Assembly: GCA_036172245.1 (NCBI GenBank)
Contig: JAYWIR010000021.1
Span: 2,232,001 to 2,296,000 of the forward strand
Direction of reading: 5' to 3'
Source: Raillietiella orientalis
Taxonomy: Eukaryota
Length of the DNA: 64,000 nt
Each line of letters starts with the position of its first letter. Positions within the stretch are counted from its first letter, which is position 1. Of this stretch, positions 37,990 through 48,323 are shown piece by piece. The notes under the pieces are model-generated. The model had not been told where the DNA came from and ran no database searches. It saw nothing but the letters and a program-made list of their open reading frames with translations. The position numbers were made by a program, and so were the translations under genes.

Positions 37990-38790
37990 ATCCGGTTGCT
38001 TGGGGGCGTTTGTCTCTATAAAAATAAACATACAACTCGGTGGCAGGAACCACCTCGGGCCTGCCACGTTACAACTGTAACCGTGGGAACCTGTCGAGGA
38101 CCGGAGCGCAGGTCAACGAGGTTCGCCTCTGCAGCAGAGGGGAGGAGGGGGGAGATGGCAAACAAAAACAAAAATAAAGCAAAAAAATATATACAAAAAA
38201 AATTGAGAGCGTTCGGAAACGGAGCACCGTGTGCTGGAGGGTGCCCCTGCATCCTTGTGAGGCAAGTTCCTGTCTTATGGTTCCCAGATGCGGCCATCTT
38301 GACGCTATCCTCATGAAGAGGACGGCAAAGTTGATGGCGTCCCTGTCGTCCTGGCCTCCTCTTGCGTTGCTCCGTGCAGCCACGATCCCGTGTAGGCATC
38401 AAAGTGCTGCTGGGGATGTGGCCGGCGTGAGGGCGTCGCGCAGGAGGAGGCGGGTCTCTGAGGTTGCCCTCGGGGATCCGCAGGGACGCAGCGAAGGACG
38501 CGTTCCCACAGAGCACGGACGGCAGCACAATCCACGAGCGAGCAGGTGAGGGAAGGGCTCCCTTTCTTCGCAGTTCGGGCCTGCAGTCCCCCGGGTCCAG
38601 TGGTGTCCGGGAGGCTCCACTGCAACAGAAGGATCGCCGACTCCCGCGGAGGGTTGCACTGTTCCAGCGCGCTGGGGTTGGCGGAGCCAGCCGTAACGGA
38701 GACAATCCCCCTCCCCCATTTCCCCTATTTGCCCGGACTCGAGATTTATGGCCGTGATGAAAATCATGGAGAGCACTCAGGCCACTTGGA
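37990..38790 (-). mobile_element. Decayed 3' fragment of a Tx1/L1-clade LINE
   Basis: Frameshifted minus-strand peptides ILLLQWSLP, CEEREPFPHLL/LVDCAAVRALW (zf-RVT), LLLRDALTPA and ARSNARGGQDDRDAINFAVLFMRIASRWPHLG parallel the C-terminus at 50550-50930 and 45190-45330. Confidence 0.85.
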
Positions 38791-39109
38791 ATCGCATGGA
38801 TGCACGTCGATTCGCAGTTATGATTTTGGAGGAGCTTTTGATTCCGTCCTGCACGCACGGGACGGATGGATTCTGGAACGTCCTGCCCGCCTTATTCGTA
38901 TTCCCGGTTCGGGCGAGCGATCTCCGCTTGGATCTCCATCGGCCAGAGGCGGCACGCGCGCGCACACCGCGATGTGCGCTTATCTGCGCACCGCCGCGGG
39001 TGGGGCGTGTTTTCCTTCCGTTCCGTCTTCGCCGCACCCTGGAACAACCGGGAGCAACAGCGGCCTGTGAAATTTCGGAAATATTCTGGGACGGGCAGGA
39101 ACGAGGCTT

Positions 39110-39830
39110 TGCCGAGTCTTTGACGATCCCGGAAGACCGTAAAAAATAAATGCATAGGTCCATTCGGTATACATTAATATACGAATTTAGTTTGATATGC
39201 ATTGCTATTCCTATGCATTAACGTACATATTATTCACAGTAATATCATTGGAACAGATATATTTACGAAGATTCATGCATTTTATGAACAGAACAAATGA
39301 TTATATTGTTAATACATTAAAGATTATTGGAAATAAATATATATGCTTATTATATACACCAACATTTATACATATATATAATATATGAATATCTGCATAA
39401 AAATATATATAAAATATCTATGCATATATACATCAATACATATCATGAGCATATATATTTACAACATTTTTTACAATCTTTATGATATATATTAAGCCAT
39501 ATATTAATCTTTACATAAATGTATGTGTGAATATTTATAATAAGTATACATATTTATTTCTTCTAATCCTCAATATATATATATACCAACAATATAATCA
39601 ACAATTAATTTTTAATTTTATTAATAAATGCATGCCATTGAATCTTGAGGAATATATCTGTTTCTTTTTTTTTTTTATGTATATCTGTTTCAGTGACATT
39701 CCTGTTAACAATATGTACGTTAATAAATAGGAATAATTATGCATGTTAAAATAAATCTTCATATTAATCTGTCAAATAGGCCTATGCGTTTATTGTTTAT
39801 GGTCTTTCGGGATTTTGATCGTTCGGAATT
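39110..39830. mobile_element. AT-rich fold-back/MITE-like element, copy 2
   Basis: Left atcccggaagaccgtaaaaaataaatgcatagg (39126) is inverted to right cctatgcgtttattgtttatggtctttcgggat (to 39813). Inner arms also pair (ttaacgtacatatt/aatatgtacgttaa; aacagatata/tatatctgtt). Same termini as 30716-31243. Confidence 0.82.
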
Positions 39831-39870
39831 TTGGTTGGTCCTGCTTTGTATGTATCTATGCCTGTGTTTG

Positions 39871-39903
<33 letters not shown>

Positions 39904-40479
39904 GTATATACAGGTGCATATTTTCTACATGCTAGTATGATGCACGCACCCTGCGGGTGATTGGTTCTCAGCTTCAAAACGGCATTTTGCTCTGGGATAG
40001 GAAAGTGGAAGTTCGCCCCCCCTTTATCTGAAGAGATGCGATCAGACCGGGTGAGTCGATCGGGTTTCCAAGGTAACACCTGCTTGCCCTTTCAAGCTGT
40101 GCACCGCAACGGCGAACGCCCCACGCGGAGCTCGAGAAAGAGAAACGCAGGCGCCAACTACCGCAGTTACCGGTAATTCAGTCCTAAATAGCGATTGGTT
40201 TCCTCCAAAAGACCGCACTCGGCGAAGTCATCCAAGATAATACGAAGAGCCCGCGCCCGTGCAGGCGCTCCCTGGCCCATAAATATTACCCCTAATTATC
40301 GCAACGCTGAATGAGCAATGGGCAATGAGCATCACGGGCGTACGATCGGAGCATCTCCGTCTGAGGATCCGTGCTCTGCGGAATTTTTCGCTAATCTTGG
40401 TTTTACTGCTTTTCGCCCTCCCGAGCCATCTTCCTCGCGCTTCCCGGAAGCCTTCCGTCTGCATTCCTGGCGAACGTTT

Positions 40480-41375
40480 CTCTTTTCGCTGCTTTCATTC
40501 CAGCTTTCGTTCCCTTTCTTTCCCTTTTCTATTTTCGAATTTTCTTCTTTTCTGGTTCTCCAGGAGTGCTGAAGACCCGTGCGCCTCCCTACAGGAAGGA
40601 GGGGAGGGGTTCGCGAAGCTCTTTGACACGTCCACGACACCCGAGGGTGGGAGCTGACTCTTACAGAGTTAGGGAGCACCCTGTGAATCCAGGAAGGGAT
40701 CTGGAGGAAGGAGTCCTTTCTTCTCAGTCCTGAGGAGGGAATCCCAAAGATAACCCTCTCCCTGGTTGCCTCCCAAGGAAGAGCTCCTTGTTCTTTCCGG
40801 AGGAACCCCCCAAAGGGGGCCGGGCCGCTCCTCATTTCTTCCCCAAAGGGAACCCGGAAAGGACCTGCTCCTAGAAATTCTTTTTCCGGAGGGGCTCCCC
40901 GGGAAGGATCCGCTCCTCGTTTCCTCCTCTGAAGAGAACCCCGAAGAAAAACTTCCCAATTCCCTGATGGGTCACTTCCTGAAGAGGGAGCAGCGCTCTT
41001 CTTCACCACGTTCTGGAGAGGTATCAGTCCACCATCTCCATGGTACGCAATGGAGATTCCCTTTCTGTAGATGGGGGGAGAAGGGGGGGACGGCTCCATC
41101 TGCAAAACCAAAGGGGAACCCCGAAGGACTTGAACCCTAATTCCTGGAAGGATCCCAGTTGGTCGGCTTCTCCGAATTCCGGGCACTCAACGGGGGCGTC
41201 CGGCGTCCACCAGTGTTATCCGCACCCGGAACCGATCGAGGCCCACCAGCGCCATCCTGAGGGGACATTCGGAATCCCACGACACGCCCCCTTCCCCGTC
41301 CTTGACGTCGGCCCTTCCTCCCCGGGAGGGATTCAAACCCGCGATGCCCAGTGCCGCATCGCAGCCTTGCGGTCC
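40480..41375 (-). mobile_element. tRNA-headed interspersed repeat, copy E
   Basis: Plus strand shows the reverse complement of family motifs: gggattcaaacccgcg (41328), cccaccagcgccatcc, ttcctggaagga, ggatccgctc, ctcctctgaagag, tgaatccaggaaggg and the T-rich tail. Confidence 0.82.
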
Positions 41376-42424
41376 CCAACGCGGGGGCCTGCCTCTGCAT
41401 TTTTCTTCCAGGAGCATCGAAGGGCAACTTTCGGGCCTTCGAGCTTCTTCCTCGTAGCCCGTGCGCCGACGGGTGCGCTGCCATGCCGTGGCTTAGCAGC
41501 CGGGATGATGACCATTAATGCGAATGTCCAGTTTTCGGACCGCCAGAGACCGAGTTGCGACGGGATGGAGCGCATCCCGTGGAGTGGCTTAGCACACAAG
41601 GAACAACCAGAAGCTCTGGATGCAGGATGAAAAGGAGAGAGAGAGAGAGAGAGAGAGGGAGAAAAAGGATTGTCCCGGCGTCAGAAGCGTCCCCTAGGGG
41701 GACGCGTGAGAATTCTGCCAGCCGGGACCCGCAGCAGCCGCTCTCTCGTAGTCGCTCCATCATCTGTGGATTACGGCGGCCGATCCCGACGAGCTCCGTT
41801 TCTAGGGGAATGAGGAACCTTCCGAAGAGGACGAGAAGCTGGTGGCTGCGTGACAAGGCAGCCGAGTCCTCAGTGTGCGCGTCCAGGAAGCTCTCCCAAG
41901 TGCGAAAGAGGTCGCAACGCGAGATCAGGGAACAGCAAACCGGGAGGAAGGGCCGAGAGGGAGCGGTCAGAGAAAGTTGGGGTCCAGGAGCTCGGCCAGT
42001 GGCAGCGCGTCTCGGGTCGGGGCCCGTTTCCATGGCCTCCGTCGGGAGACCCCCCACAGAATTGCGCGTCCCCTTCCGTCTTGCCGTGCGGGAAACGCAC
42101 CGGCCGCGAAACAAGAGGGGGTCGAGTCTCAGGCAGATGGATGGACCTCCCTGCAGCCTCACTGGGACCCCAGAACAGCAAGAAAGCCGGTCTGAGGACG
42201 CGGAGGATATCGGGGACTCGCGGACTGAAAGCTACCCTTCCTCTGCGCGCCACCTCGTTCTGAGAACTCATGACCCCCCACGTTCGGAGGGTACAAGGTC
42301 TCTTCTTTCCGAGGAAGGAGGGTGGAAAAAGCCGCCAGTCAATACTCACGCTCTTTCTCGTCTGTCTTTTTTTCAGTTCCCCTTTCGTCGACCTTCCCCT
42401 CTCTCCCTCTCTCAGAAACCTCGA

Positions 42425-43420
42425 ATGTCCAGGAAACGTGCCGATCGCCAGTAGCGCTCCCTCGCCTCTGGCAGTGGAGGCCGCATCTTGGCCTGGATGG
42501 GGCGTGAGAGAAGTGGGAGAGATGGCTGTGGGGCTCTGGAGCCTCGCCTGAGACGTCACGCGACTGCGGCGCGGCTCCGAACGTCGCGGGTTAGAATCCC
42601 GCCCGAGGACGGGTCGACGCCGAGCAATGGAGGGCGCGTCGTGGGGCTTCGAGTGTCTCCTGCAGCATGGCGCTGGTGGGCCTGGGTCGGCTCCGGGTGT
42701 GGGTAGCACTCATGGACGCAGGATGCCCCCGTTCTCTGATCGGGTAAGGGAAGAAGTTGATCCTCCAGGGTGCTTCCAGGAACCGAGGCCCTTCGGGGCT
42801 TTCCCCCCTCCAGTTTTGTGCAGATGGAACGACTCCCATTCTCTCGGAGGGGAACCCTCAGTCTGGAGCTGGTTGCTACTCCCCCTCGAAGCCGTCTCTC
42901 GAGAGTGTGAGAAGCGCGCTGCTCCCTTCGGAAAGAGCTCTCCTCTTCAGAGGAGGAGGAAACGAGAGCGGTTTCCTTGAGGGTTCCCTCCGGAGAAGAA
43001 ATTCCAGGAGCAGATCCTTCACGGGAATCCTTTCGGAGAAGAAACGAGAAGCGATCCAGACCCCTCTGGGGGGTGCCTTCCAGGAGACTGAATCAAAGGT
43101 TCCGATTCCCTTGGGGGTTCCCTTGGGAGACAACTAGGGCCAGGGTTCCCTTCGGGAATCCTTCCCAGGCGTGAGAGCAACGGACTCCCTTCTCTTGAGC
43201 CCTTCCTGGATTCACAGGGTGCTCCCTAACTGGAAAAGTCAACACTCACCCTCGGGTGGCGTGGAAGTGTCAGAGGACTTAGTAAAATCCTCCTCCCCTT
43301 CCCCTGTAGGGAGGCGCACGGGTCTTGAGCACTCCTGGAGAACCAGAAAAGAAGGAAAACCGAAAAGAGAGAGACGGACAAAGAAAAAAAAAAGAACCGG
43401 AAGAGAAGCAGCGGAAGACG
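42425..43420 (+). mobile_element. tRNA-headed interspersed repeat, copy B (near full length)
   Basis: gcgggttagaatcccgc at 42586, followed by the full series of family motifs and an A-rich tail. Confidence 0.82.
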
Positions 43421-43734
43421 CTCGTGTGATCGCACCCGCAAGCGAGAGGGCAGCGTGGGCAACAGGAGGCTGTCGCTCGGTCGTGGTGCGCGCCGCGTGG
43501 GAATCCACGTGGTGTGTCGCAAGGCACGGAGGTGCTTCCAATCGCGGTGCGCCCCGCGCAGGGGTCCGCGTGGTGCGTCGTTCCGCGCGGAGGCGCTTCT
43601 CAACCGGTTGCGCCTGGGTGTTTATTCCAAAAAGAGCACAAACTATTCGGGAACAAACTTTCCAGACAAAGGGAATAGAAGTTCTAGGGGAGAGCTCCCC
43701 GACACGCAGATCGGGCACACCGAAAGTCCGGAAC

Positions 43735-45730
43735 TGTTGGGCCTGGGATAACGGAAATCCCTTTGGGGTTCTTCTGTTTTCGCAGCTTTCCTTCCAACTG
43801 CTTTTTCTACTTTTCTTTCTTCGGGTTTTCTTTTTTTTCTTTTTGGTTTGACCAAGTGAGGAGCCGCTCGCCTCCATTGGATGCTCATGAAGCATTGCTG
43901 CGTTCACGTCACCCGGGGGTGAGCGTAACTCTTCAAGTTAGGGGTTGCCCTGGGAGGGACCACCTCATCTCATGAATCCAGAAAGGCTCCGGAGGAGGGG
44001 GGTCCGTTTTTCTTGCGCTTTCGGGAGGGAACCTCTCGCCGTGGTTGCCTCTGGGGGGGGGGGGTCCAGGAGACCACTTCTCACTTCCTTTTTAAGGGAT
44101 GCTTTCATATTTCTCAGGGGGGCACTCTCCGAAGGGAGCTGCGAGCTTCTGGCACTCTGGAGAGACAAATCCCCCTAGAGGGGGAGGGGGAGGGATTCAG
44201 CCAGCTCCGTGTTGCCACGACTCCATTTTCACAACCGGAGGAAACCACGTAGGGAACCGCCTCTCTGATTCCTGGAAGGACCCAGAAAGGTCAACTTTCC
44301 ATAATCCCGGCCAGTCAATGGGGGCATCTGGCTTCCAATAGTGCCTTTCTGGCCCCCCTTCTCTGTCCCCTGCTTTTTGTTTGCCCCTCGTTATGCAGCA
44401 TCAGAAAGCGGACAAAGAACTTCCTCCGGATCGCCCTCTGGGGCAAAGGGAGGCCCCGAGGTCGCCTGAAGGACTTGTGTGCCCCGCGCCGGGACGGTGG
44501 CCTGGGACTCCACTGATGTTGGAGCGAATGAAGATCCAGTTCCAGTTTCAGACACTTGCCCTCGTGGCAAATCTCTGGAGCACCACCTGGTGCCAACCTG
44601 CACGCCTTCTCGTCCGGCAAGCCACCGGCAGCGTGGGACTCGCGTCTTTGCGTGCCGTCTATACAGCCTCGTCCACTGCAGACTGCACTTCCGGCAGATG
44701 ACCACTCTGGACAGGAAAAACGAATGAATCTCGTATAGCCCCGTGAATGGAAGTGCCTGGTTGCAGGAAACCGTTCGCACATGGGCGAGGATCCAGGAGA
44801 CAAGCGCGGAACAGGGGCGACGCTTCCTGTACGCGCGTAACAACAACTGCACGCTCTGGGAGATCCTGGGAGATCCTGCGAAGAGTGCTTGGGCAAGCAG
44901 AGCCTCCTCACCGCCATGCTGCCCTTCTTTTAGGGAGCAGATGGACAGCAGCCTCACGTCTAGATGTAAGGTTACTGTGGAAATCTCCGGAAGGAGAAGA
45001 GGACTGGGCGAGTGGACGACGGACCAGCTCGACCTCGTGGATTTTTGTGCTGAGGCGTGCAACTGGGTATTCTGAAGGAAGAACTGCAGTGGCCCCCGGT
45101 GCTCATGAACACTCGCAACATCCCCTTGAAGTGGCAGGAGTTGGCGTTGGTGCGCTGCACTGGGGACTCCCGTGCAACGCCCGCCGGCTGCATGGAGCAA
45201 CGCCAGAAGAGGCCAGGACGACAGGGATGCCATGTATTTTGCTGTCCGCTTCATGGGGACAGCGTCAAGATGTCCCCATCTGGGACTGTTCAAACAGGAA
45301 CTTGCCGACATCCTTACAAGTATGTAGAGGACACCCACCACCACTCAATGATCCCTTCCGGAACCCCTCCATTTTTTCTTTTCTTTTTTTTTTTCTTTCT
45401 GTTTCTCTCTCGTTCCCCTGTGCTGCGGAGGAGAATCCTGCTGGCCTGTGTGCCAGTTCCCGGCAGATTCCTTCTCGTAGTAATAAGTAACGGGGCAGGA
45501 TATTATTAATATTTAATAAATAAAATTTCGTAAATAACCTCCCTGGAGTGATCGGGTATCAACCTGTGCCGCTCCAGAGTAGGCCACCGGCGTTATCCTG
45601 CTGGGGGGACTCAAAACCCACGACGCACCCAACTTCACGGTGTCGATCCTTTACCAAGCGGGGGTTCGAACCTGCAGCGCTTGGTACGTCGCGCGGAGAC
45701 TGTAGCCACACGGTTATCGACGCGGGCTTG
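43735..45730 (-). mobile_element. tRNA-headed interspersed repeat, copy D, split by a LINE fragment
   Basis: Head (minus strand gcaggttcgaacccccgc) at about 45658-45676; body and tail at 44345-43735 (plus strand tgattcctggaaggaccc, tgaatccagaaagg, ggaaatccctttggggttc). Confidence 0.78.
44346..45560 (+). mobile_element. 5'-truncated, internally deleted, decayed Tx1/L1-clade LINE
   Basis: FLAPLLCPLLFVCP...FLRIALWGKGRPRGRLKDLCAPRRDGGLG and QTLALVANLWSTTWCQPARLLVRQATGSVGLASLR match FVSPLLRLLIFVCP...LLRNALWRPTRSRIRLKDLATPRRDDGLG and RMLALYANLRSTPWCAPTRLLLRRCTGSDGLLSLR of the 48544-50322 ORF. C-terminus WSNARRGQDDRDAMYFAVRFM is present. Confidence 0.88.
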
Positions 45731-46286
45731 CACCCCAGCGACCGAGTGAAGAAATGCTAATGTGGACCAGACCTCTCGGAAGGACCGGATAAAGTGTTCT
45801 TCCATTTAGAAGGAACAGGAAGCTATAGTGACGCCGATCCGTGGGTGCGGACGGAGCGTCGAGCGGCAATGCGATTTTCGGAGGCCGAAGCGCGCGGAAG
45901 GGGGGGGTGAGCCCGCGCCGACTCAGAAGGCGGAAGACGGCAGCAGCTTCCGCGGGAACGTGCCAAGACAGCAGTGGCGGTGAGTTTCAACCCTCCCCGT
46001 GTCGGCGACAAGACTAAGGGCCTCCTCCCTGAGGGCGCTCCGAGATCGACAGTGACTCTGGCACTCTCGAGTCCGGGTCGAGGCCGATCTCGGATGACTG
46101 CGGATAAGCCCATAGGGAGGGTAGCACGAGAGACCCCTCCGTTTCCTTGTTTTGCGTGGCAGCTCACTCCCACGTCCTTCCCCGCGTCCTTCTAGCGAGC
46201 GGACGTGTTTTGGCATCGCTGCGCGGACTGGTTGGTGGGAAGCTTTTTGTGGGTTTTGTGTGGTGTGTGAGGATCGCAGGTGTCCC

Positions 46287-48159
46287 ATGGCAGAAATGCC
46301 TGAGGACACTGCGATGGAGATTGGGGGGGGGGGGAGAGGCGACTTGCTCTCTCCTTCATCCATGGAAGTGGGGGCATCCGCCCCCACGGAATCCGGGGTA
46401 CCTGCCCCATCGGAATCGGGGGCAACCGCCCCTTAGCGACCCTCTTCGCCAGCGGCGAAGGGTTGGAGTGCCGTCGTTGCTGCACCATCCCCAGCTGCAG
46501 TTGCGGAGCAGACTGCCTACAAGGCCAGCGGCTACAAGCCGTCGCTGATCTACAAGGTAGGCAGTGTGTTCGATGAAAGGATTGCACGCTCCTTCGAAAA
46601 GGAGCTGCAACGGCTGAACGTGAGGGAGGAAGACCTTGAGGGCCTCTCCGTCCTTAGTGGGGGTCAGCGGGTCGAGTTGACTTGCAAAGATGCAAGTCTG
46701 GCACAGCGCTTGCTGAACACCTCTATTACAGTGGACGGCCACAGGGTCTTCCCTGTGACGGAGGACCGCTCCGTCGTGGTCCACCTCACAGGCGTGACAC
46801 TCTGAATGGGCACAACCGGAGTCCATGAGGAGTTGGCCAAACACGGTAATGTGCACGCGTATTGGGCCAAACCCAACGTCTTCCAAACGTACGGAAGGCT
46901 ATTCAGTGGGATGGCCGCCGCGCGTGTCACAATACCAGAAAATGCTTGCCAAATGAAGACACTGGATTTTCAGTTGTTATTAGCTATTATTAATTGTGTT
47001 CTCAAATGAACGTGTTATGTCTCCATATTGCTTTTGTGTAAAGGAGGTACAAAGCTCTTGTAGAGTATGCACCCTCAAGTGCAAAATAGAAAATACCAGA
47101 AAATGGTGGGCTTCCCCACAAACTAAACATCGGCGAAGAAAAAGTCGATGTTTGGTACGTGGGAAAGTCCAAGTACTGTGGCCATTGTGATGCCACAGGG
47201 CACCTAAAAAAACGGTGCTCTAACATCAAATGCCACTTATGTGGAAATGAGGGACACATTCGTAAGGTGTGCCCGAAGAGAGAAATCCCTGTCCCACCCG
47301 CTGCCAAAAAGGCAAAGGGGAAACGGGCGGGAGAAGAGAATGCCTTAAAACAGGCAAAGGCTGTAAAAAGCCAGAAGCTAGTCCCTAACCCTCCCAGCAA
47401 ACGTCGGTTGAGAAAACTCTCGACGACGCTGGTGATGGGGAAGACTGGCGGATGGTACAGCTGCGAAAAAACCCTTGAGTCCCGAACGAAACGCGGAGAA
47501 AAAAACGCCGCGCGTGTTCGGTGACTTTGGAGCGTGTGGAGGCATTCGATGCCGCCACCGGGGGAGCAATCCCCCCCCTCGTATCCACCGAAGCCGCGAC
47601 GGTTGAAGGCGAACCCTCTGTGGAAACAGAGGGGGGACCGCTCGACGCGCTCGAGGAGGCCGCCTTCCAGCAGGCGGTGGAAGAACTCGCGGCTGAACTG
47701 CAAGGCCGTGAGAAGAACTCGCGAAAGACCTTGCGAAGGCCGGCCGCGAGGAAGGCTCCGGAGGCAGGTGAGGCCGATTCGGATGACGGAAGTACGTCCT
47801 CCTCAGCGGAGGTGCCTCCTAAGAAGACGGGACGCAAGTCCCAGAATCCCAAGAGGCGCATCCAGACCAACAAGGAGGGGGATGAACTGGCACCCGTGGG
47901 GAAAGCTGGCAGTGTGGGAGCCGAGGGTGGGAATCTCTCACTTCCCGACACCGTGCAGCTGGCGACCCCCATGGAGGAGAAAGTGCAGGTGGGTGAACCA
48001 CCCTTTCCTCTGCACGGCCCTGACGACGATTCGGCCCCCATTGAGGAGGGAGAAGCGATGCGCCACGCACTCCTCCTCCTATCGTCCCGCCCGACCAGGT
48101 GGCGGGAGCCCTATTGCCACTTTACCAGGATTAGCACCTGGACTCGCCTGTCGCCGTAG
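46287..48159 (+). pseudogene. LINE ORF1 (gag-like, two zinc knuckles), disrupted by stops, a frameshift and a 147-bp insertion
   Basis: CGHCDATGHLKKRC and CHLCGNEGHIRKVC (CX2CX4HX4C) at about 47176-47272. In-frame stops at 46434 and 46803; frameshift between the knuckles and about 47520. Confidence 0.85.
46945..47091. mobile_element. 147-bp AT-rich insertion with a 14-bp target-site duplication
   Basis: aataccagaaaatg occurs at 46931-46944 and 47092-47105. Removing the insert and one copy restores ORF1 (RVTIPENGGLPHKLNIGEEKVDVWYVGKSKYCGHC). Confidence 0.88.
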
Positions 48160-48323
48160 GATCCGCGTAACCTGCTGGAACGTCAACGGGCTGCGCGACG
48201 ACGGCAACAGACGGAATACGGCCGACACCCTGCGTAAATTCGACCTGGCGCTCCTGCAGGAGATCCACGTGATCACCGCGGAGAACGCCCAGGAGATGGA
48301 GAGGATCGCAGGGGGTCGGTTGT

